47,583 nt of DNA from a virus (lineage: Duplodnaviria > Caudoviricetes): positions 1-47,583 of the IMG/VR virus record IMGVR_UViG_3300032233_003111. The stretch is one strand, 5' to 3'. Below, one piece after another: positions 38,631 to 46,215 of this stretch. Below the pieces are notes generated by a model that searched no databases, was not told where the DNA came from, and saw only the letters and a program-made list of their open reading frames with translations. The position numbers were made by a program, and so were the translations under genes. The stretch's first letter is position 1. Each line of letters opens with the position of its first letter.

Positions 38631-38665
38631 CACCCCGACCCAGATTTGCACCTGGGACCGATTCT
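38631..38665 (-). pseudogene. 3' fragment of a disrupted tRNA gene
   Basis: AGAAT-CGGTC-CCAGG-TGCAAAT-CTGGG-TCGGGGT-G. TCGGGGT pairs with GCCCCGG at 39117-39111. Confidence 0.65.
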
Positions 38666-38676
38666 TTGGTTAACAA

Positions 38677-38748
38677 CAGCCCCAGTTCGATTCGAACGAA
38701 CGAAACGGTCTTAGAAGGACCGGGTTATATCCACTTAACTATGGGGCC
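38677..38748 (-). tRNA. trnR: tRNA-Arg(UCU)
   Basis: GGCCCCA/TGGGGCT-G acceptor; CGGTC-CTTCTAA-GACCG; GTTCGAATC. Confidence 0.88.
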
Positions 38749-38806
38749 ATGACTTCAGTTTACCAACTTCTAGCATCAGGTCGCTAGAATGTCATAGATC
38801 TAGTCG

Positions 38807-39106
38807 ATGAAAATGGCAACATACAGAGACATGACACCAGAGCAGAAAAGCAGGTTTAATGCGTACTGCGTTGAAAGGTGGAAAAGAAGAAAACGTGAAG
38901 CAATTCAATACAAGGGAGGGCAATGTGAGAACTGTGGGTATTCTAAATGCCAAGAAGCTTTAGAATTTCATCATGTCAATCCCTCAGAGAAAGAGACTGA
39001 CTGGCAAAAATTGCGTCTTCGAAAGTGGAGTAAAATTATGTTAGAGCTTGATAAGTGTCAACTGCTTTGTGCAAATTGTCATAGAGAAGCTCATCGCTTA
39101 CTCTGA
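38807..39106 (+). CDS. HNH endonuclease
   Basis: CENCGY, ALEFHH, ELDKCQLLCANCHREAH. Confidence 0.88.
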   Translation: MKMATYRDMTPEQKSRFNAYCVERWKRRKREAIQYKGGQCENCGYSKCQEALEFHHVNPSEKETDWQKLRLRKWSKIMLELDKCQLLCANCHREAHRLL

Positions 39107-39117
39107 GCTACCGGGGC
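39103..39117 (-). pseudogene. 5' fragment of a disrupted tRNA gene
   Basis: GCCCCGG-TAGCTCAG (acceptor 5' strand + D-arm start), preceded by a TGCTATACT promoter. Confidence 0.65.
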
Positions 39118-39232
39118 AAGTCATAGGCAGTATAGCACATATACCAAAGGCCCCCGAAGGGAGCCGATGGAAGACCAGGATGTCGGACCCGGTTGTGATG
39201 GCTGCTGTGGGGGCGGTGCCATCACTCATACA

Positions 39233-39787
39233 TTATACAGCGATCCAACCAGATTGTGCAACCTGTGCTGAAAAACGCTGCTTGATCTCCTCCCAAGCAA
39301 TAGGAGTATAGTTCGTATGTTCTACACAAACGCAGAAGTACCGAGGATCGATCTGACCAAGATCCATGACGCGCCCCCAGTGGAGGTGACCATGAATATT
39401 GCCATCAAAATTCCGCAGGCTATCAGGATGGATTGGAACGTGACTCAGCGTGAAGTTATCAAGCTTCCAGTAAGCCCTGACTGAGCGAAAGTGCTTGCCA
39501 AGGTGCTTCTCCCAAGGCCAGTCATGATTACCAGCGATAAGAACCTTGTCGCCATTCAGTCTATAGAGGACGTCGAGGCCAACGCGAGGCATTGCTACAT
39601 CGCCAAGGTGATAGACCTTATCAGTGGGCTTGACTACGGCGTTCCACCGTCTGATCATTTCTTCATCGGCTTCATCGGCAGAACGCCAAGGACGCAGCGG
39701 TGTACCATCAGCCCGCAGGAAGGGCCTCTCGTACATCGCCTTGTGGCCGAAGTGCGTATCTGAGACTAGGAAGACGTTTTTTGACAT
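39233..39787 (-). CDS. Calcineurin-like metallophosphoesterase
   Basis: SDTHFGH, YHLGDV, GNHD, LSHVP, HGHLH. Confidence 0.9.
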   Translation of the reverse strand: MSKNVFLVSDTHFGHKAMYERPFLRADGTPLRPWRSADEADEEMIRRWNAVVKPTDKVYHLGDVAMPRVGLDVLYRLNGDKVLIAGNHDWPWEKHLGKHFRSVRAYWKLDNFTLSHVPIHPDSLRNFDGNIHGHLHWGRVMDLGQIDPRYFCVCVEHTNYTPIAWEEIKQRFSAQVAQSGWIAV

Positions 39788-40007
39788 GGTTGCACGGCTA
39801 ACGCGCAAATTTTAACACGGTGGCGATGGCAAAGCAAAGCATTGCGAGACCGATGCAGTCAAGGGCAGCCTTGGTGTATTCTGGGTTGACCATTTGAAGT
39901 GAAATCGACATAAGTAAGACTACCTACCTTCTTAAAATATCAGCATTTGCTGATCTTGACACCTGTGCTAGACTGCATTTTTCAGGGCTAACCCAAATTC
40001 AAGATTT

Positions 40008-40175
40008 ATGAAAAATTCAATGCACGACTACACTATTCGTGGATTGGTAAACGGAGAAGTTACAGTTCTGCAACTTCGCGGTACACGAATAGGCGTCTAT
40101 TGGGCTGCAAAAGAATTTGTTCCAGGAATTGATATTAAATCAGTATCTAGAGACGTAGACTGGGATGACAAATGA
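40008..40175 (+). CDS. Hypothetical protein (55 aa)
   Basis: Read manually. Follows TGCTAGACT; ATGA overlap with the next gene. Confidence 0.5.
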   Translation: MKNSMHDYTIRGLVNGEVTVLQLRGTRIGVYWAAKEFVPGIDIKSVSRDVDWDDK

Positions 40176-40549
40176 TTATTACTTCAATGGCAATCGTTAA
40201 TTACAAAACTTGGTCTTTTAGATTTGCTGAGATTGTAGAAAGATTTATAGCTGCAAATTCGGTAACTGCTAATGCAAAGGAATTAAACTCTGTCTTTAGT
40301 GATGCGCTCAGTGCGCTTCTTTCTTATAAAAAAGAAACGGAATTTATCGAGAAAATTCCGCTGAAAGAATCTATTAAAAGAGCATATGAATTGGCAGTAG
40401 AAAACCAGATCGATCCATGGAGCGTCGTATTAAGAACAATCGCTGAACGAGCGGAAGATTGGGCTGATCATATCAGCGAAGAGAATGAAGTCACTCAGGA
40501 CATCAAGGATTGGCTGAATTCGGAGGCCCTGAGGGATCAGATCCGCTAA
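40172..40549 (+). CDS. Hypothetical protein
   Basis: 125-aa ORF. Confidence 0.6.
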   Translation: MIITSMAIVNYKTWSFRFAEIVERFIAANSVTANAKELNSVFSDALSALLSYKKETEFIEKIPLKESIKRAYELAVENQIDPWSVVLRTIAERAEDWADHISEENEVTQDIKDWLNSEALRDQIR

Positions 40550-40703
40550 TTCTTCGCATCATTTCTTTCATCATCTCTTTGTCTCCTAGTTCTGCCTCCC
40601 AGAATGGTGGAACATCGGATTTCTTCCAGACCCTTTCCCTTTGCTCCTTTCTGCGCTGCGCAATGGACTTCCTGGTAGCCTTATACCCTGTTGGCTTGAC
40701 CAT
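40503..40703 (-). CDS. Hypothetical basic protein
   Basis: 66-aa ORF filling the gap. Confidence 0.45.
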   Translation of the reverse strand: MVKPTGYKATRKSIAQRRKEQRERVWKKSDVPPFWEAELGDKEMMKEMMRRISGSDPSGPPNSANP

Positions 40704-40757
40704 TGCACAACCACGGTGTCGGTGCTAGTATTCCGTCGTTAACCTGACTGGCAAGCC

Positions 40758-40946
40758 ATGTTTGATTTCTTCAAGAAAAAATCTGAGGTAAGGGCTGAAG
40801 TGGCCCTGATGGCCGCCTTTGCCGCTGGCCTCGATGCTGGCATTGCTATGGTAAGGATCGCTGCTGCTAGAGATGCAGAGATGAGTCTTGATCATGTTGC
40901 TAACACTATGCAACAAACACTCGACGAGTTCCTTGCCGTGAAATGA
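40758..40946 (+). CDS. Hypothetical protein
   Basis: 62-aa ORF after a promoter-like sequence. Confidence 0.5.
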   Translation: MFDFFKKKSEVRAEVALMAAFAAGLDAGIAMVRIAAARDAEMSLDHVANTMQQTLDEFLAVK

Positions 40947-41112
40947 GCGAAAAGCGCTGCCAATGTGACTGTATTGACGAGAAAACGCTGCATGAAGCGA
41001 TTAAGTCGGCAATTGTGGCGCATGAAATACGTGTAGCCATTGGCAGCGGCATCATCGGCGCCATGCTGCTTATTGGTACATGGCATGCAATCTGGATCCT
41101 TCACAAACAACA

Positions 41113-41625
41113 ATGAAACCCAAAAAACTTGGCTGGCTTGACCCAGCAATTATCCCATCACAAGATAGGAAAACAGCCAAAATTGTTAGTAGTTCAAGTC
41201 GTCGCTACTTTGGCGATGTTGATCCGGTGGGGCTGCCAACAAGCAACCCATACATGAAGGAATTGCTAAAATTTGGGGCAAAACATGGTCTTAAGTATAG
41301 ACCATCTCGTTACTATACTGGTCCCTGCTTGCTGCCAATTCATGGAAGTGTCCTTTGGCATGATGATGCGGGAATTGGTTATATCTTGAATTGGGTTGTT
41401 GAAGTTAATAAAATCAGTAGGTCTATTACGGAAAATCTTAGTACACCATCCTTGTTGTCAGTATTCAAGCGTGAGATCATCCAGATCGAAAGTCTTCGCC
41501 CTGGAGATATTTTTATTTTTAATGGAAATGTTGGCCATGCGTGGCAAAGCAACGAATCCTGCCTGCTTGCACAGGTGACAGTCTCTGTTCCTCGTGCTAT
41601 GGTTAAGACTAGCTCCGGCCAATGA
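41113..41625 (+). CDS. Hypothetical protein, possible cupin/2OG-Fe(II) oxygenase fold
   Basis: WHDD ... LRPGDIFIFN...HAW spacing. Confidence 0.5.
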   Translation: MKPKKLGWLDPAIIPSQDRKTAKIVSSSSRRYFGDVDPVGLPTSNPYMKELLKFGAKHGLKYRPSRYYTGPCLLPIHGSVLWHDDAGIGYILNWVVEVNKISRSITENLSTPSLLSVFKREIIQIESLRPGDIFIFNGNVGHAWQSNESCLLAQVTVSVPRAMVKTSSGQ

Positions 41626-41903
41626 CCTACTGTCGTTCACCCTGGAATCCAATGATTGACGAATTTGATGCCGCATGCGTCGCAGCCTTGCTCTTCAACC
41701 AGGAAGAGCCTGATTACGACGAAGACATCGATGCTATGGACGACCTGATGGCCGAACACTTTGGCATTGATCTTCGAATCTTTGCTGAGTTGATCGAAAA
41801 ATTGCTTCCATTCTGCGCTTCTGGCACTAGCCCTCTTACGGGAGCCTCTTATCGTGGTTTCGCAAAGGATGGTTGTTTCGTTGTCAAAACGGAGGCTAAC
41901 TGA
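41622..41903 (+). CDS. Hypothetical phage protein
   Basis: Ends SPLTGASYRGFA; coupled operon. Confidence 0.65.
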   Translation: MTYCRSPWNPMIDEFDAACVAALLFNQEEPDYDEDIDAMDDLMAEHFGIDLRIFAELIEKLLPFCASGTSPLTGASYRGFAKDGCFVVKTEAN

Positions 41904-41905
41904 TC

Positions 41906-42130
41906 ATGCCAGTTACAACAATTAAACATTGCGAAACCGTTCCAGACTACTGGTATACAGTAGAAGATCGAGATCGAAATCGGCAATGGGATCATGAAAC
42001 CAAAGCGCTAGTTATCACATATTATGATGATAACTTCCCCGAAGGTCAACGCAAATTGGTGCTTCCCGAAGAAGATGCTCTGCTAATTCGCGATGCTATT
42101 AATCAACTGTTTCCACCTAATCAATCATGA
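41906..42130 (+). CDS. Hypothetical protein
   Basis: Coupled operon. Confidence 0.6.
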   Translation: MPVTTIKHCETVPDYWYTVEDRDRNRQWDHETKALVITYYDDNFPEGQRKLVLPEEDALLIRDAINQLFPPNQS

Positions 42131-42396
42131 AACACTACAAGACGCGCCACGAGCCTGCTAAAAAAGTAGAAGTCTGCGATAAAACGACTTGTGACTTCTG
42201 TGGGAGACAAATTAATGATTGGGACTATGATATTGATACCGTAGAAATACAACGCGAGGTTGGCGCTGTATTTCCAGATAGTGTAACTGGCTCGCGTTAT
42301 ATTGTAGATATGTGCGGTGAATGCTGGGATGAAAAATTTGTTCCGTGGCTTCATGGGAATGGTGTTATTCCAACACAGGAAAAATGGGACTACTGA
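42127..42396 (+). CDS. Hypothetical zinc-binding protein
   Basis: CDFCG...DMCGECW. Confidence 0.65.
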   Translation: MKHYKTRHEPAKKVEVCDKTTCDFCGRQINDWDYDIDTVEIQREVGAVFPDSVTGSRYIVDMCGECWDEKFVPWLHGNGVIPTQEKWDY

Positions 42397-42397
42397 A

Positions 42398-42865
42398 ATG
42401 ACAATGAATTACTATCTTCATACAAGGGCTCACTGGGTAACAACCCATCTTTCATCAAGTATTCATCTTGGCATGTCTGCTTATGGCTGGACATTTGCAT
42501 TGCACGTCATGCCTGAATGTGGCATTCTGGATCTTGCTGATATGATCAAATGGATCGAAAGCAAGCTTGGTAGCGATAGATCTAGAATTATGGATGAATA
42601 TGGCTCCAATTATTCATTACTACAATTCTTGCAGGTTATAACAATGCGCAGTAATGCAGCAAGGATTAAAAATGGTTGGGATTATGACTGGTGGTCATTG
42701 CCAGAAGTTTCTGAAGTACGCAACTACAATTCAGAATATCAATTTCATGAGATCAATAGATCTGAACGTGGGCCAAGCGGTCTTCTGAGACGTCAAATCG
42801 ATGGAGAGCACTGCATTGGTCACGGCAATGGAACATGGGATCTTTGCATTGGTGATTTCTCCTAG
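42398..42865 (+). CDS. Hypothetical phage protein
   Basis: MNYYL...IHLGMSAYGWTF...IMDEYG...GDFS. Confidence 0.65.
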   Translation: MTMNYYLHTRAHWVTTHLSSSIHLGMSAYGWTFALHVMPECGILDLADMIKWIESKLGSDRSRIMDEYGSNYSLLQFLQVITMRSNAARIKNGWDYDWWSLPEVSEVRNYNSEYQFHEINRSERGPSGLLRRQIDGEHCIGHGNGTWDLCIGDFS

Positions 42866-42871
42866 TTATCA

Positions 42872-43060
42872 ATGTATTGCATTAATCCGGACTGTAACAA
42901 AGAGCGACTTTCGTGCCTTGAAAGTCGTTACAATAAAAATCAAATAGTTGACATAACCGCCAACAGAAGGCGGCGCTATGAGTGCCCAGTATGTAAATGG
43001 CGCTTTAGTTCCATCGAAATGATCATCAATGTACGAAAAGTCGGCAACTCAAATCAATGA
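42872..43060 (+). CDS. NrdR-N-like zinc-ribbon protein
   Basis: C...C...ESR...RRRYECPVCKWRFSSIE. Confidence 0.65.
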   Translation: MYCINPDCNKERLSCLESRYNKNQIVDITANRRRRYECPVCKWRFSSIEMIINVRKVGNSNQ

Positions 43061-43064
43061 TCAA

Positions 43065-43385
43065 ATGAACAAAGATCAAATCACAAAAAGAAAACAATCA
43101 TCACAGCAAGTCACAACCGATGTTGTTGGAGATTTTTATTGGACGAGCGCAATAGCTCGTTCCGCTGTGAAAAGTGGAATTTCGCAGCAAGAATTTATCC
43201 TCTTGCTTCTGAAGGAGGTCCATGACACTCAGGAGCTCTTGATCAAGGTTCTTTCTGAGCGCCCTCCGAGCTTTAGTATCGACATGAACACTTTTAAGGA
43301 AAGAGCTGATGCCGATCGCCTTGACAAGGCATTGCGCTATGCTACGATGATCCAGTCCACCACAGAGGAGGTTCCCTTTGTCTGA
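43065..43385 (+). CDS. Hypothetical protein
   Basis: ORF in operon context. Confidence 0.5.
   Translation: MNKDQITKRKQSSQQVTTDVVGDFYWTSAIARSAVKSGISQQEFILLLLKEVHDTQELLIKVLSERPPSFSIDMNTFKERADADRLDKALRYATMIQSTTEEVPFV
43321..43348 (+). promoter_or_regulatory. Sigma70-type promoter (extended -10)
   Basis: TTGACA-16nt-TACGAT with TG; RBS GAGGAGG downstream. Confidence 0.6.
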
Positions 43386-45345
43386 CTTCAAAGTTTTTTC
43401 TGATGCCGTTTCCTATCGGCTTAAGGAGATTCAGAAGAACGCCACCGAATTTTTTGTTGTCGATGTACCAGATCTTTTTGAGACTTATCTCAATGCTTTT
43501 CCCGAAGGTACAAATCCAATCTTTCGGGAACGAACCGAGCACGATTGTAATACCTGTAAGCATTTTGTACGAAACCTTGGAAAGGTTGTCACCATTCAGG
43601 CTGGTAAAATTAATACAGTCTGGGATCTCGAAGGTCTTCCGCATCCTTACGATGTTGTCGCAAAAACGCTGAGCGAAGCCGTTCGCTCTGCTGCTATTGT
43701 GTCTGTATTTCGTACAGCATACGATACTTATGGGCACGCAAAGAATACTGACAATCATGATCCGTCGATTACATGGAATCACTTCCATGGAAAGGCTCCT
43801 GCTAAGTGCGTGACCAAGGATCCTGGTGCTGAAAAGTCACGCGCTGAATCAAAGGCTGCAGTTTTCAGGCGTGGTCTTGACGAAATTCGTCAAGATGATC
43901 TGGATTCGGTGCTTGATCTGATCAAGCAAAATGCGATCTATCGCGGTCGCGAATTCGAGAAGTCCATCCAAGATTTCAAGAAACTGCAAAAGCAGTACAT
44001 CAAAGAAGGCCGCCAGCAAACCTTCTCCTGGGAGCACCTTTCGGCTCCGGCATCAACATTCCGCAATAGCGTCATCGGGACTTTGTTTACCGATCTTGCT
44101 GGTGGTGATGACATTGAAACTGCCGTCAAGAAGTTCGAAGCAAAAGTTGCGCCTGTCAACTACAGGCGCCCGACTGCTCTGATCACTCCTCGGATGATTG
44201 AAGATGCCGTTACCAAGCTTCGCGATCTTGAGCTTGAAGAAGCAATTGATCGTCGCCTGGCAACATTCGAAGACCTGAGTATCAACGACGTTCTTTTCGT
44301 TGATAACAGTGTGGCCTCCAGGATGAAAGATTCGCTGGTGGACTCGCTGCTTTCCTCGTCTTCTGTCAAGAAGACCAAGAAAGTGTCATCCAATCCGATT
44401 AAAGTATCGATCGATAACTTCATCAAGGCTCAACATAAGAGCATTGATCTGATTCTCGGCCCTGAGCATCTTGGTAACTTTGTTACCATTACTGCTCCCT
44501 TGCACAACAATGTAAGGAATCTCTTTAAGTGGGCCAATAACTTTGCTTGGTCTTATGACGGCGAAGTGACGGACTCTATCAAGCAGCGGGTGGCAAAAGC
44601 GGGTGGCAATGTGTACAATGCCAGGCTTCGTGTGTCACTGGCATGGTTTAACTACGATGACCTTGACATTCATGCGTACTGTCCCAATGGTCGTCACATT
44701 TTCTACGGCAATAAGTCAGGCATTCTTGATGTTGACATGAATGCTGGTGGCCGCAACTCCCGCGAGCCTGTAGAAAATCTTAGCTGGACAAATCTGAGGG
44801 ACGGCACCTATCGGATCGAGGTGAATCAGTTCAGTAAACGCGAATCAATCGATGTCGGTTTCCGCCTTCAGGTTGAGTCGGATGGTGTCACCCACGAATT
44901 CCAGTACACCTCTGGAGTAAGTGGATCCATTAAGGCCCTCGATCTTATTATTAGCAACGGCAAGCTTGTGGAGATCAAGACTGGCCCTAAAGTCAAAGGA
45001 AGCAGCGATGTCGTCATCGAAAAGTGGGGAGTTGCTACCAACACTCCCACGAAGGTGCAAACGATCTTGCTTTCTCCAAATCATTGGGAAAATGCCGGTG
45101 GAATTGGCAACAAGCACTGGTTCTTCCTGTTCGATAATTGCCGGGTGGACGCTCCCACCCCTGGGTTCTACAACGAATTTTTGATCAACGACCTGCAACC
45201 TCATCGTAAAGTGTTCGAGGTGCTTAAGTCCAAGATGAAATGCGAACCTACGAACAGCCAGTTATCCGGAGTAGGCTTCTCTGAGACAATTCCCACCTCT
45301 ATCAATGCCATCGCTGATGGCCGTCCCTACAAAATCACCTTTTGA
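43378..45345 (+). CDS. Large phage protein with YfaP/DUF2135-like motif
   Basis: HDCNTCKHF, KVAPVNYRRP, LRVSLAW..DDLDIH...LDVDMNAG..PVEN. Confidence 0.7.
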   Translation: MSDFKVFSDAVSYRLKEIQKNATEFFVVDVPDLFETYLNAFPEGTNPIFRERTEHDCNTCKHFVRNLGKVVTIQAGKINTVWDLEGLPHPYDVVAKTLSEAVRSAAIVSVFRTAYDTYGHAKNTDNHDPSITWNHFHGKAPAKCVTKDPGAEKSRAESKAAVFRRGLDEIRQDDLDSVLDLIKQNAIYRGREFEKSIQDFKKLQKQYIKEGRQQTFSWEHLSAPASTFRNSVIGTLFTDLAGGDDIETAVKKFEAKVAPVNYRRPTALITPRMIEDAVTKLRDLELEEAIDRRLATFEDLSINDVLFVDNSVASRMKDSLVDSLLSSSSVKKTKKVSSNPIKVSIDNFIKAQHKSIDLILGPEHLGNFVTITAPLHNNVRNLFKWANNFAWSYDGEVTDSIKQRVAKAGGNVYNARLRVSLAWFNYDDLDIHAYCPNGRHIFYGNKSGILDVDMNAGGRNSREPVENLSWTNLRDGTYRIEVNQFSKRESIDVGFRLQVESDGVTHEFQYTSGVSGSIKALDLIISNGKLVEIKTGPKVKGSSDVVIEKWGVATNTPTKVQTILLSPNHWENAGGIGNKHWFFLFDNCRVDAPTPGFYNEFLINDLQPHRKVFEVLKSKMKCEPTNSQLSGVGFSETIPTSINAIADGRPYKITF

Positions 45346-45347
45346 TC

Positions 45348-45749
45348 ATGTCTGAACTCTTTATCACTGCTTCTCGCAAAAAGTTTCGCTTTGCTTCCGA
45401 GCGTGGTGATCTTGTGGTCGAGCAACTGTGGGATCTTCCCCTTGTCTCCAAGAATGGCTTCAACTTGAATGCTGTTGCCATTGCTGTCAACTCTGAGCTC
45501 AAGAGCCTCGCCGAAGAGTCCTTCGTCGAAACGTCCTCCAACCCTCGGAGGCGCGATCTCGAAAACATGCTTGAAATCATCAAGTATGTCATTGCTACCA
45601 AGCAAGAAGAGGCCAAGGCTGCCAGCGAACGTGCTGCCAAGCAGAGCCTGAAGCACAAGCTCCAAGAGGCAATCGAGGCCAAGGAGAAGGAAGGCCTGTT
45701 CACTGCTAGCCTGGATGACCTGAGGGCTCAACTGGCAGCCCTCGACTGA
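45348..45749 (+). CDS. Phage coiled-coil protein
   Basis: ASRKKFRF..RG.L.VEQLWDLPL...EESFV. Confidence 0.7.
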   Translation: MSELFITASRKKFRFASERGDLVVEQLWDLPLVSKNGFNLNAVAIAVNSELKSLAEESFVETSSNPRRRDLENMLEIIKYVIATKQEEAKAASERAAKQSLKHKLQEAIEAKEKEGLFTASLDDLRAQLAALD

Positions 45750-45766
45750 TACAATTCAAATACACC

Positions 45767-45796
45767 GGGCGGATCAATATCCGCCCTTTCTCTTTT
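45767..45796 (+). terminator. Intrinsic terminator
   Basis: GGGCGGAT-CAAT-ATCCGCCC-TTTCTCTTTT. Confidence 0.7.
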
Positions 45797-45799
45797 GTC

Positions 45800-46213
45800 A
45801 TGAAGAATTTCAACGCAGAGTTTAGGATCAGTCGCTTTTCTTCTTCTAAGGGAGGAGAAGGTATTTCTATTTCAATTAATGATCAAGATGCAAGGATTGT
45901 TCTTTGCGAATTTGACTTAACACTTGAGCAATTTGGTCAAGTGATAAGTGGTTTGCTAATCCAAGATATTGAAGCAAAATCTTTCGTTACTGATGAAAGA
46001 CTTGGAACCAAACAACAAATTGATTTTCGTGAAGTTCTTTGTCCTGTAAAGCATGGAACTCGCGAATTTTATAAGAGATGGCTTGAAGAGAATGTAGAGC
46101 TTGGCAATGGCGAAATTGCATCATTTTACCTTGGTTCACATTCTTCAGTCTTACAAAGAGAAGACGGTGCAATATTGCGTTATACAGTAAAAAGTTGGCC
46201 TAGTGCTTCTTAA
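45800..46213 (+). CDS. Hypothetical protein
   Basis: 137-aa ORF. Confidence 0.55.
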   Translation: MKNFNAEFRISRFSSSKGGEGISISINDQDARIVLCEFDLTLEQFGQVISGLLIQDIEAKSFVTDERLGTKQQIDFREVLCPVKHGTREFYKRWLEENVELGNGEIASFYLGSHSSVLQREDGAILRYTVKSWPSAS

Positions 46214-46215
46214 GC

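Noticed and set aside
38224-38714. ORFs 38224..38676(-) and 38475..38714(+)
   Set aside because: They overlap tRNA genes, promoters and dense RNA structure, and have no protein motifs.
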